Source: Candidatus Gottesmanbacteria bacterium GW2011_GWA2_43_14 (GTDB lineage: Bacteria; Patescibacteriota; Microgenomatia; 2-02-FULL-39-11). Taken from it: 50,864 nt of DNA. A program made the position numbers and the translations under genes. How positions within the stretch are numbered: position 1 is the first letter of the stretch; each line of letters opens with the position of its first letter. The stretch is from NCBI GenBank assembly GCA_000999095.1, contig LCFP01000008.1, positions 1-50,864 on the forward strand, read 5' to 3'. Of the stretch, positions 13,003 through 20,982 are shown one piece after another. Under the pieces are notes generated by a model. That model ran no database searches. It was not told the DNA's origin and saw nothing but the letters and a program-made list of their open reading frames with translations.

Positions 13003-13025
13003 ATCCCGCTATGGCGGGATTTTTT
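13003..13025 (+). terminator. Orphan intrinsic-terminator-like hairpin
   Basis: atcccgc (13003-13009), loop tatg, gcgggat (13014-13020), then ttttt (13021-13025). No plus-strand gene ends upstream of it. Confidence 0.4.
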
Positions 13026-13457
13026 CACAAAACCCTTCAAATGCGAGGGGATGTTGTGGTGTTTAAGCTCTTTGACAAATTGCGAGGTAAACAGAATTTC
13101 ACCCTATAGGCTGGGTAGAAGTTCTGTTTAATTGATTACTCGTTTGTGGCATTTGGTGCAGGGGAAAGAGGACAGGATTTCTTCCTGTTTTGTTTTCCCT
13201 GTGCCAATCAGCTGTCGGGAGACACCTGAACGGCTTAAGCCGTAAGCTGACATGCCACGCGAGGCATTTTATTTCGGACGGTCCGAAGTGAAATGGTGGT
13301 ATAAAAGGCATTTTGCCTGATGCAAACGGCTCCTTGATGGGCAAGCGTGAAAATTCACGCCCACTCAAGGGACAAGGGAAGAAAGGAAAAAAAGAACTGC
13401 GAGCCTTGGGCTGTCGCGAGATACCCCATTAAAAGGGTTTGCAGTTCCGGAAGAAAA

Positions 13458-13967
13458 ATGAAGAAAATACTGAGACATTTGAGCCTCTTCTCTTTACTGG
13501 GATTTTTCGTTTTAACCGCCTACCAGTGCGGTGGTAGTCCCAGTAATTCGTTTTCCCCTCCAGATGCCACCTTGGCGGAGGAGCGCGAAAACGCAGAGGC
13601 CACTGAGACGGCCATGGCGCCTTTCCAGCGGGGAAACACTTTTCTGAGCGACGAAAGCAATTCGTTGCTCGGCGAAGTGAAGTTCAACCTGCCGGCAGGG
13701 CCGCTATCCGACCAGTGGGGCCACCTCCATCCACAGCTCCTGGCGAATTTTTCCGGAGAGCAGTACGTACAGCTCTCCAGAAATCTACCAGACGGTACCA
13801 CCGTCTGGGCTATGAGCTTGGATTTCTCCGAAACGGGTTTTTTGACCGTCATCTCTCCGGGAGGAGAGCTTCGAGTAGTGTACTCGAGCGGAGACATTTG
13901 GGAGGGGTCCATTGGGGGGACTGGATTTTACGTCCGTTTTACGGACGGTCAGATCCAGTTTCACTAG
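13458..13967 (+). CDS. Small secreted/lipoprotein-like protein, function unknown
   Basis: The ATG at 13458 gives MKKILRHLSLFSLLGFFVLTAYQCGGSP (signal peptide plus Cys). The ORF-track start at 13347 (GTG) would add 37 aa drawn from a hairpin-rich leader. The region is locally GC-rich. Confidence 0.6.
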   Translation: MKKILRHLSLFSLLGFFVLTAYQCGGSPSNSFSPPDATLAEERENAEATETAMAPFQRGNTFLSDESNSLLGEVKFNLPAGPLSDQWGHLHPQLLANFSGEQYVQLSRNLPDGTTVWAMSLDFSETGFLTVISPGGELRVVYSSGDIWEGSIGGTGFYVRFTDGQIQFH

Positions 13968-14227
13968 CCTCCAGCAATTTTTTCCTCGCAAAAATTGCTT
14001 TCTAAAATTCTCTCCCCGTGACTTATCGGGGAGAATGAGCGGTTTGTTGATTTTTTTGGGATTGAAGACAGGCTTGAGAAGGCCTTGCCTGGCTTCCAGG
14101 ATAAGAGCGCGAAAGCGCCCCAACCGAATTGCCCCCAGGGTAGATTGAGTGCGGCAACGCACTTTCTTCCGCCCCCAAGGCAATTTTTCCCAAATCAAAA
14201 CAACAGACCGCTATTTTTTTGGGAAAA

Positions 14228-14449
14228 TTACAGGAATGAATCAAATTCTTTTTTAGTCAGATTGGCCTGACTGAGGATAGATTTAAATGTACCTCTGGCG
14301 ATTTCCTTATGATCGGGGACAATAACTGTTTGGATCTTTCCTTCAATAATTCCCCTTAATTTGATATGGCTGCCCTTTTGAGATATTATTTCAAATCCAG
14401 CCCTTTTCAGAGTATTCTTTATTACTCTTGCTGAATAAAGCTTGGGCAT
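14228..14449 (-). CDS. hicA: HicA-family mRNA interferase toxin
   Basis: 73 aa. Motifs: MPKLYSARVIKNTLKRAGFEIISQKGSHIKLRG ... VPDHKEIARGTFKSIL. Confidence 0.85.
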   Translation of the reverse strand: MPKLYSARVIKNTLKRAGFEIISQKGSHIKLRGIIEGKIQTVIVPDHKEIARGTFKSILSQANLTKKEFDSFL

Positions 14450-14456
14450 ATTTAAG

Positions 14457-14687
14457 TTAAAGAGGAATGGAATGCAATTCCAGATTTGTCAAAGGATCAG
14501 GGGGAGAAATTTTTTCATCTTCGAAATACAACTCCAGGGCTTCCTCGATATTTTTCAGGGCTTCTTTTTTTGTTTTGCCCTGACTGGCTATTTCTACTTC
14601 AACACATTTTGCAACAAACCACTTGCCTTCCTGCCAAAGAAGAATATTCAGTCCTGATTTAAGTCTTTTTTTAATTTTATTATTCAT
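14457..14687 (-). CDS. hicB: HicB-family antitoxin
   Basis: 76 aa. WQEGKWFVAKCVEVEIASQGKTKKEALKNIEEALELYFED has the HicB/UPF0150 pattern. It lies 7 nt upstream of hicA. Confidence 0.75.
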   Translation of the reverse strand: MNNKIKKRLKSGLNILLWQEGKWFVAKCVEVEIASQGKTKKEALKNIEEALELYFEDEKISPPDPLTNLELHSIPL

Positions 14688-14872
14688 AGTGTAATCATAT
14701 CATATTTAGGGAATATTTTTTGATATAATCCCTTACTTCCGGCCCGTTACTATTATATATAAAGAGTTGTTTGGCAAATGCAGTTCTCCTTGAAAATCTG
14801 AGTTTTCTTTCAGTTCTCTTATATTTCCGGCCGTCTATTGTCACTTTTAAATGGTAATTTTGCTCATTTAAT

Positions 14873-15664
14873 ATGCCTCCTTTGCATGAGAGACGCGAGA
14901 TTGTGCAGTTATATGAGCCGACTCCGGGTGTCAGCTTCAGGGAATTGGCCGGCATCAGACGTGGAAATGTTACCTTTAGCCAGGCCGAAGAGATAACGAA
15001 AAGATATCTGGACTGTTTTGGTCTCGTTTCTCTCAAAAGGCCGACACGGCTTTCATTATTGTTAAAATCCCCAAACCAGACAGTCAGAGCGGTGGCCGCC
15101 TCCTATCTTTCCTATGATGATTTGATGTATACGGGATCAAAAGTTGAGGTAGTTCCTTTGGACGAAAGACTGGAGAGGGTGAAAAAATATTTTCAGGATT
15201 GGCAGGAAATGGCTATAAGTGAGGAAAATCCGGAAGTCCGACTTAATGCTTCTTATGCTTATTTCGGCCTGGTCAGGGCTATGGTGGATCCGGTTCTCGG
15301 AGTGCGGGAAAGCTCCCGTTTTAATATATTGCATAACTTGCCGTTTATCGTCGATGAGGAGGAGGATCGGGAAATAAAGGCATACAAAATCCGGTTTCTG
15401 ACGGAGTTTTTACTGGACAGGCAGGTTAACGGGATTTTTACCGGGGCTGATCTTTCCCCTGTCTGGCAGGGAAGATTTACGGAATTTATGGAAGACCCGC
15501 AAAACCAGCCCCATGTACCGCTTTTGATGGAACAGACTTTTCATGTATTGACTTCGACAGGCTTTAGATTTCATAAGAAGGCGCTCCGCGAGGGCAGAAA
15601 ATTCTTTACGCCGGTACTTGATTCATATTTGGCTTCACTTGATGCCAAGGGTGAAAATTCTTAG
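14873..15664 (+). CDS. Hypothetical protein with HEAT-like repeat motifs
   Basis: 263 aa. NQTVRAVAASYLS and ENPEVRLNASYAYFGL resemble the HEAT/PBS-lyase repeat core (xxVRxxAA). Confidence 0.5.
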   Translation: MPPLHERREIVQLYEPTPGVSFRELAGIRRGNVTFSQAEEITKRYLDCFGLVSLKRPTRLSLLLKSPNQTVRAVAASYLSYDDLMYTGSKVEVVPLDERLERVKKYFQDWQEMAISEENPEVRLNASYAYFGLVRAMVDPVLGVRESSRFNILHNLPFIVDEEEDREIKAYKIRFLTEFLLDRQVNGIFTGADLSPVWQGRFTEFMEDPQNQPHVPLLMEQTFHVLTSTGFRFHKKALREGRKFFTPVLDSYLASLDAKGENS

Positions 15665-15691
15665 GACATCATGATATAATACTATAGGATA

Positions 15692-16024
15692 ATGGTGATT
15701 AATATGAATCATGAACGGCCTTTTTATCTTGTGGCTAACGACAGATATTTTGAGTATTCCCGGGAGGGAAGTATCAAAAGCATTCCCTGGGCTGTTACTC
15801 AGGTCTTGGCCGAGACAGTCAAACGGGTGACCGAGCCGTCATTATTTGATGATAACAGTTGGAACAAGAGAGTATTGGGAGGATTATCTCTGCCTTTGAT
15901 GATACCTACGGCCTTCTTATCTTCAACTATACTGGCTCTTATAACTAAATATGAAATAAAGCAAATGAAAATTGCTGATTCGGAATTAAAACAGGATGAG
16001 CAAATTGAGTGGAGAAAATACTGA
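15692..16024 (+). CDS. Hypothetical small membrane protein
   Basis: 110 aa with one hydrophobic helix (LGGLSLPLMIPTAFLSSTILALI). A TATAAT at 15675-15680 lies 11 nt before the ATG. Confidence 0.5.
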   Translation: MVINMNHERPFYLVANDRYFEYSREGSIKSIPWAVTQVLAETVKRVTEPSLFDDNSWNKRVLGGLSLPLMIPTAFLSSTILALITKYEIKQMKIADSELKQDEQIEWRKY

Positions 16025-16033
16025 GGCTTAGGA

Positions 16034-16594
16034 TCAGGATTTATTCTTCTTCATGTCCTCTTCGACCAGTTTCCGCAGATAAACAGCTTTGGGCAGTTTT
16101 TTGTTCCTGGTGATTTTGTCCAGATAGGCGGCGATTTCCCGGGTGATGTAAAAAGTAAAGCGCATATCAGCCGGGCCTTTGACGAAATTGACAAAATCCT
16201 CGATTATGCCGGGTAAATTATCACTGTTATAACGCTCAGTCATCAGTTTCTCGTCTTTGTGGTATGCCAGGAGCGACGGCGGATGCCCTTCGCTGTAAAG
16301 GACCAGGACGGGTTTGCCCAAATGGAGGGCCAGGGAAATTTCATAGCCCACGGATATTGAGGGAAAGGAAACTTCGGCTATCATAAAGGAGCTTTGGCTG
16401 ATCCATTTTTCCAGCTTTTTATGGAAAAAGAGACGGTCTTCCCTTTTGCTTAAATTCACTTCGGATTCCTCTGTTTTGATGATGTGGTCGGCGATCACCT
16501 CGAAACCGCGCTGTTTGATCTCCCCGATTATCCCCAGATATTTTTGCAGGTACTGGTTTTTGCCTGCAATCGAGGCGGTGAAATATGCCTTCAT
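16034..16594 (-). CDS. DNPH1/nucleoside 2-deoxyribosyltransferase-like domain fused to a C-terminal ribbon-helix-helix (paralogue 1, catalytic motif intact)
   Basis: 186 aa. MKAYFTASIAGK, IADHI, MIAEVSFPSISVGYEISLA and KPVLVLY parallel DNPH1 YFCGSIRGG / AEVTQPSLGVGYELGRA. The tail RFTFYITREIAAYLDKITRNKKLPKAVYLRKLVEEDM has a strand-helix-helix pattern. Confidence 0.7.
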   Translation of the reverse strand: MKAYFTASIAGKNQYLQKYLGIIGEIKQRGFEVIADHIIKTEESEVNLSKREDRLFFHKKLEKWISQSSFMIAEVSFPSISVGYEISLALHLGKPVLVLYSEGHPPSLLAYHKDEKLMTERYNSDNLPGIIEDFVNFVKGPADMRFTFYITREIAAYLDKITRNKKLPKAVYLRKLVEEDMKKNKS

Positions 16595-16649
16595 GATGAC
16601 CTGTATTATACCCGAAATAGTATGGACATGCTGTGGAGGCCTGTCTGAA

Positions 16650-18284
16650 TCAATGAAAATTGCCGTGCATACGATTATATAACGTCTCGAATTCCTGAAA
16701 GGTTATGACCTTGGACACTGAAAAATCTACAGGCTTTTCGCTGGAAGATTGATTGTTACCGTTTTTAGCCAGTGAGTCACGTACCTCCTGTCTGGCTTTT
16801 TCCAGTTGCCAGCGGGTTACCCAATTATGCATGGCTTCCAGGTCTGCGGATGTAACGGTTGTGAAGTCCCCCCAATAAATGTTTCCCTTTTCACCGGTAG
16901 GGGAATTGTCTGCCGAAAGCGACATGCCCCCCCAGTTAATGGTTAAAGCGAAAATGTGCCCCTTATTTGGCAGTTCTTCAGTTTCCATGTCTGCGGATGT
17001 CTTTATCAAAAGGCCCCGTTTGACGGATCCCTGTACTATATATTCTTTTGGGACAAGCCAGGATTTTTTTTGCCAATCAGGCCGGTTGTAGGTACCATTA
17101 TTTTCCAAGACGGATATCAGGTAATAAAGGATAGGCCTGCCGTTTTCTGCTGTTTTAATTATTTCCCCGTCATTTGCGGCTTGAAATTTAGCCATTTGCC
17201 GCATGGTTTCCGTCAGAGATCGATGAAATAAATTCAATAGATTTTGGTTGGCCGCGGGATTTTCCAAAATGACGGTTTCCATTTTTTCAAGAAGGTCTTT
17301 GATTCCTTTTGAATTATTGCCGTGTACCTGGAGGAGCATATTTTCACCGGTTTTCTTAAGATCAAGGCTTCTGTGGCGGGCAATATCTTTGGGTGTAAAT
17401 TTTTGGTCCAATACCCCCTGGAAAAAAGCGATTAAACTTGTTAATTGGAAAAATTCACGGCTTTCCTGCGTAAAAGCAGGAATGGTATCAAGCAGTTCGC
17501 GTTTTTGCCGGCAAAGTATGTAATATTCCCTGCCTTCACTTGTTTTCAGCCGGCGGTTAATATCCAGCAAAGAGCCAAGTGTGGTCGTCAACAGGGATTT
17601 CTCCTGTTGGAGTATGTCTATTTGGTTGTCTATTCCTGCTATTTCAGCTATTCCGGAACTGGATATAGCGGACACTTCAGCGGCAACTTCGTCCAGTATA
17701 TCAGGACTATAATTTGTTGATCCTAAGCTGATAGGGGAGGGTCCGTCCGGTTGCATTTGGTTACCGTTCGATGCCGAAAGCAGTTTTTCCAGTAAAACTG
17801 CTTCCGGATCAGGATTGTCATCCTTTTGTTCTTCGGATTGTATCTGCCGGCTGTGTCTTTTATATACAGTAAAGACAGAATCTTTTCTTGCCGCTTCAAT
17901 TTGAACTACTTCAGCCTCCAGATCTTTTATGCTTTTCCGGTTCAGAAAGATTTGATTGTGCGCCTCGATAACTCTTATCTCATCGGCAATCCGCAAAAAC
18001 TCGACCAGCGGGCTGGAAATAAGACTTGATTCCGGGTCGTCAAGCATGGAGTCTTCATGGTCAATAAGGCCGTAGCGGAGCAGCAGATTGCCTTCCTGCG
18101 GAGCGGCCGCCGCTCTGCCGTTGATAGCTGCACCTACCGTATCCAGACTGTGGTGCAATTTGTGAGTCCGGGAGAAATTTACTCCGACGATACCGGCAAA
18201 CATCCGGGCTGTCCTGTCAAGTAAAGGATCGCCGGAGGTTATTTCGGCTGAAGATGTCAGGGCTTTTTCCAATTGTTGAACCAT
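16650..18284 (-). CDS. Hypothetical 544-aa protein (orphan)
   Basis: Long uninterrupted ORF between two DNPH1-RHH paralogues. Predicted helical/coiled segments are present, but no motif was recognised. Confidence 0.7.
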   Translation of the reverse strand: MVQQLEKALTSSAEITSGDPLLDRTARMFAGIVGVNFSRTHKLHHSLDTVGAAINGRAAAAPQEGNLLLRYGLIDHEDSMLDDPESSLISSPLVEFLRIADEIRVIEAHNQIFLNRKSIKDLEAEVVQIEAARKDSVFTVYKRHSRQIQSEEQKDDNPDPEAVLLEKLLSASNGNQMQPDGPSPISLGSTNYSPDILDEVAAEVSAISSSGIAEIAGIDNQIDILQQEKSLLTTTLGSLLDINRRLKTSEGREYYILCRQKRELLDTIPAFTQESREFFQLTSLIAFFQGVLDQKFTPKDIARHRSLDLKKTGENMLLQVHGNNSKGIKDLLEKMETVILENPAANQNLLNLFHRSLTETMRQMAKFQAANDGEIIKTAENGRPILYYLISVLENNGTYNRPDWQKKSWLVPKEYIVQGSVKRGLLIKTSADMETEELPNKGHIFALTINWGGMSLSADNSPTGEKGNIYWGDFTTVTSADLEAMHNWVTRWQLEKARQEVRDSLAKNGNNQSSSEKPVDFSVSKVITFQEFETLYNRMHGNFH

Positions 18285-18377
18285 GCTTCATTTTAGGTTG
18301 TTATGGTAATCCTGCCCAATGCATCACCGGTATGCATTTATTATGAAGAAATCATAAATCGGGGGAATCCGGGGAGT

Positions 18378-18911
18378 TTATCCGGTTTTCATTTCTTTTT
18401 CAATCAGTTGCCGGAGGTAGACTGATTTGGACTGATTTTTCCTGCCCGCCGCCCTTTCCAGGAAAGCTGCCAGACGGTTAGGAATAAAGAAATTAAAGCA
18501 TTTGCTGCCGGTTTTATCGTTACCGGCTATAAACTTTCTGATGATTTCAGCCAGATTATGCTCATTATATTTCCGGCAGGAAATTAAACCGTTCGAGTAT
18601 TTATTGGCTATTGTCGGAGCCTGTCCGTGAGAGTAGAGGATCAGGACCGGTTTGTTACCGGAGGAAGCCAGAGCAATCTGTATGCCGGCATTGACCGAAG
18701 GCAGGCTTGTTTCAGCTATCATGACATCAGCTTGAAGGATATCCTGTTCTGCAGAAAGAAAGCCGGTCGCAGGGTTTTTTGAGTTAGAATTGTATTCGGA
18801 AAAGTTATTCTGTCCCGTAATAGTAATCTTTTCCTTCCTTAATATCTTCAATATCCGCAAATAATTATCCCTGTATTTTTTATTGTCCGACGCCAGAAAA
18901 TATGCTTTCAT
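18378..18911 (-). CDS. DNPH1-like domain fused to a C-terminal ribbon-helix-helix (paralogue 2, catalytic motif degenerate)
   Basis: 177 aa. MKAYFLASDNKK, VMIAETSLPSVNAGIQIALA (Glu replaced by Gln, Tyr by Ile) and KPVLILY. The tail is CFNFFIPNRLAAFLERAAGRKNQSKSVYLRQLIEKEM. Confidence 0.65.
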   Translation of the reverse strand: MKAYFLASDNKKYRDNYLRILKILRKEKITITGQNNFSEYNSNSKNPATGFLSAEQDILQADVMIAETSLPSVNAGIQIALASSGNKPVLILYSHGQAPTIANKYSNGLISCRKYNEHNLAEIIRKFIAGNDKTGSKCFNFFIPNRLAAFLERAAGRKNQSKSVYLRQLIEKEMKTG

Positions 18912-19239
18912 AGTCGTTTATTTTAAAAATAAAATTTCCAGGCAGGTGAGAAGGGCCAGTGAAGTAAAAATGAAAAAAAGCCAGCTCAGTTTCTCCGCCA
19001 GGTCCATTTTTTGTCCGGCAGTCTGCGGGGCGACTTTGATAGCATCGTGAGTCATGAATTGACAAATATCGGGTGCCTTGTTAAATTACTTTTTACGGCA
19101 CGATAAAAGCAGCACCCCTGTTTTTAAACGTGATCGTCAAACCGTCCCGGCGGAAACGTCAGGACGGTTTGCTTAATTCGGGAATAATTTTAGGCTATGT
19201 GGTTAAAAGCACCAATACATATTGGTTACGTATATGCGG

Positions 19240-19797
19240 TTAGCTGCGGTTTTTTATATCCTGTTCTATCAGCTTGCGTAAATAGACCGACTTGGGTTGT
19301 TTTTCCCTTCTGGAGGTCTTTTCCAGAAAGGAGGCTATTTCCGAAGTGATAAAAAAAGTAAAACGCGTGTCATTGGTGCCTTTGACATAATTGATAAAAT
19401 CATCGATTGTCCCGGCCAGAGTCTCCCGGCTGTATTTCTCGCAAATAAGCTTTTCATCCTTATGGTGGGCCAAAAGAGACGGGGGATTGCCTGAGGAGAA
19501 GAGGATCAGGATCGGCTTGAGAAAATGCTGGGCCAGGGATATTTCATAACCTACCGATATCGACGGGAAGGTGGTTTCGGCCACAATAAAATCAGACGTG
19601 GAGATCCATTTCTCCAGTTGTTTATGGAATTTCAGACGGTCTTCCTTTTTTTCCAATTTAACTTCCGATTCGGTTGATTTGATGATGTGGTCGGCTACGA
19701 CGTCGCAATTTTTGTCTTTGAGCAGACTGATGATTTTCAGGTAATTTCCCAGATGGTGTTTCTTGCCGACGATTGAAGCGGTGAAGTAGACTTTCAT
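19240..19797 (-). CDS. DNPH1-like domain fused to a C-terminal ribbon-helix-helix (paralogue 3, catalytic motif intact)
   Basis: 185 aa. MKVYFTASIVGK, VADHI, IVAETTFPSISVGYEISLA and KPILILF. The tail is RFTFFITSEIASFLEKTSRREKQPKSVYLRKLIEQDI. Confidence 0.7.
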   Translation of the reverse strand: MKVYFTASIVGKKHHLGNYLKIISLLKDKNCDVVADHIIKSTESEVKLEKKEDRLKFHKQLEKWISTSDFIVAETTFPSISVGYEISLAQHFLKPILILFSSGNPPSLLAHHKDEKLICEKYSRETLAGTIDDFINYVKGTNDTRFTFFITSEIASFLEKTSRREKQPKSVYLRKLIEQDIKNRS

Positions 19798-19969
19798 AAC
19801 AGCCGATAGTATTAAATCAATTTTACTCCCAATTCGGAATTGTTACAAATAGATAAGTATCTATAAAATAGCCAGCTGCCCGGTTTCCGATATGCACCCT
19901 TTACGTATTGAGTAAATTGACAATCCTATAGTAATATACTATGATTTTAGGAAAATTAAAAATAATCAT

Positions 19970-20920
19970 ATGACAAATCGAAATGAAATAAGCAGAAGAA
20001 CATTTATACAATTGGCAGGGTTAGCATTAGTTTCAACTATTCCTTGGTTAACTTCATGTTCACCCAGCCAGCCGCCAAGCGGAGATGAACAACCGGGGGC
20101 AGCTTTAACAGGAGCAGCTGCACCTCCGGATGCAACTACAAACGTACAGCAACCTGCCGCTGAGGCCCCGCAGGCTTCCCCGGACGTTTCCCTCAATGCT
20201 CCCATCGACCTGACGGCCATAACTTCGGAATATCCTGTGGAAGGATTGGAAGTCAGAAAATTGAAGCTTAACGATTTCTTTACAGTCACTTTTCTGGTGA
20301 CAGAACACTATCCGGAGGATGCCCAAAATAAAGACAAGATGCATTACATCAAAGAAGCAATTGAAGGAAGCAGTTGTGTGGTTCCCGAATACTGGACTCC
20401 GGCGATTGAAGAAATGAGAGACAGCGCATGGGTTAAACTCATGACTAAGCCCGGCGACAGGATTATTTCTTTCTTTTCCCGGATCTATGATATCAGCTTA
20501 AGATTCGAAAAACCGGTATGGGTGCTTGATCCGGCCAACAGGAAGTCCTTTATGGATGTTGCCGGACAGCATGCTTTTGAGAGATTTTCCGATGATGAAG
20601 CCAGGGAAAAAGAGAGTATTTACCGCAACACTTTAAACGCAGCCTTTTTAGTGGCTTTGGCAAACAAATATGAAGCTGAAAATTCCAAGCAAAACTGCGC
20701 TTATGTCTTGCCCAAAGCCCACGCCGACCAGATAATGGATTTAATCTTCAGTCATAACCCTCCTGAGATTTCACTTAAAGCAGCCGATGATTACTATTCG
20801 ATTTCCCCGACAAACAGGACGGAAAATATGAATAGCAGAATAGACCAGTATACAGCCCGACAATATATTCCTTCAGGAGACGGTTTTATTGAAAGAGACA
20901 CGATAAGCCTGCTTCTTTAG
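19970..20920 (+). CDS. Tat-signal lipoprotein, function unknown
   Basis: 316 aa. The N-terminus ISRRTFIQLAGLALVSTIPWLTSCS combines a twin-arginine motif, a hydrophobic stretch and a Cys. Confidence 0.7.
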   Translation: MTNRNEISRRTFIQLAGLALVSTIPWLTSCSPSQPPSGDEQPGAALTGAAAPPDATTNVQQPAAEAPQASPDVSLNAPIDLTAITSEYPVEGLEVRKLKLNDFFTVTFLVTEHYPEDAQNKDKMHYIKEAIEGSSCVVPEYWTPAIEEMRDSAWVKLMTKPGDRIISFFSRIYDISLRFEKPVWVLDPANRKSFMDVAGQHAFERFSDDEAREKESIYRNTLNAAFLVALANKYEAENSKQNCAYVLPKAHADQIMDLIFSHNPPEISLKAADDYYSISPTNRTENMNSRIDQYTARQYIPSGDGFIERDTISLLL

Positions 20921-20982
20921 TATCCTATATTAAAAGTTCTTATGTTTGTTTAAACTACCTGAATATGATAGGATAGCCGGTT

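Noticed and set aside
13100-13457. Assignment of the structured leader to a known RNA family (cobalamin or ykkC-type riboswitch, RNase P RNA, SRP RNA, tmRNA)
   Set aside because: Only short partial resemblances exist (e.g. gtcgggagacacctg versus the B12 box; ggtccgaag versus the ykkC GGUCCGAGAG), and they occur in the wrong order. The universal RNase P GGAAAGUCC and the SRP domain IV motifs are absent. The region is therefore left unassigned.
13099-14270. Cluster of overlapping ORFs on both strands (13099-13368, 13520-13912, 13715-14005, 13785-14198, 13912-14148, 14023-14244, 14085-14270)
   Set aside because: They are mutually overlapping, lack signal or domain features, and arise in a locally GC-rich, stop-poor stretch. 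Only the frame with a signal peptide (13458-13967) is credible. The remainder coincides with hairpin-rich non-coding sequence.
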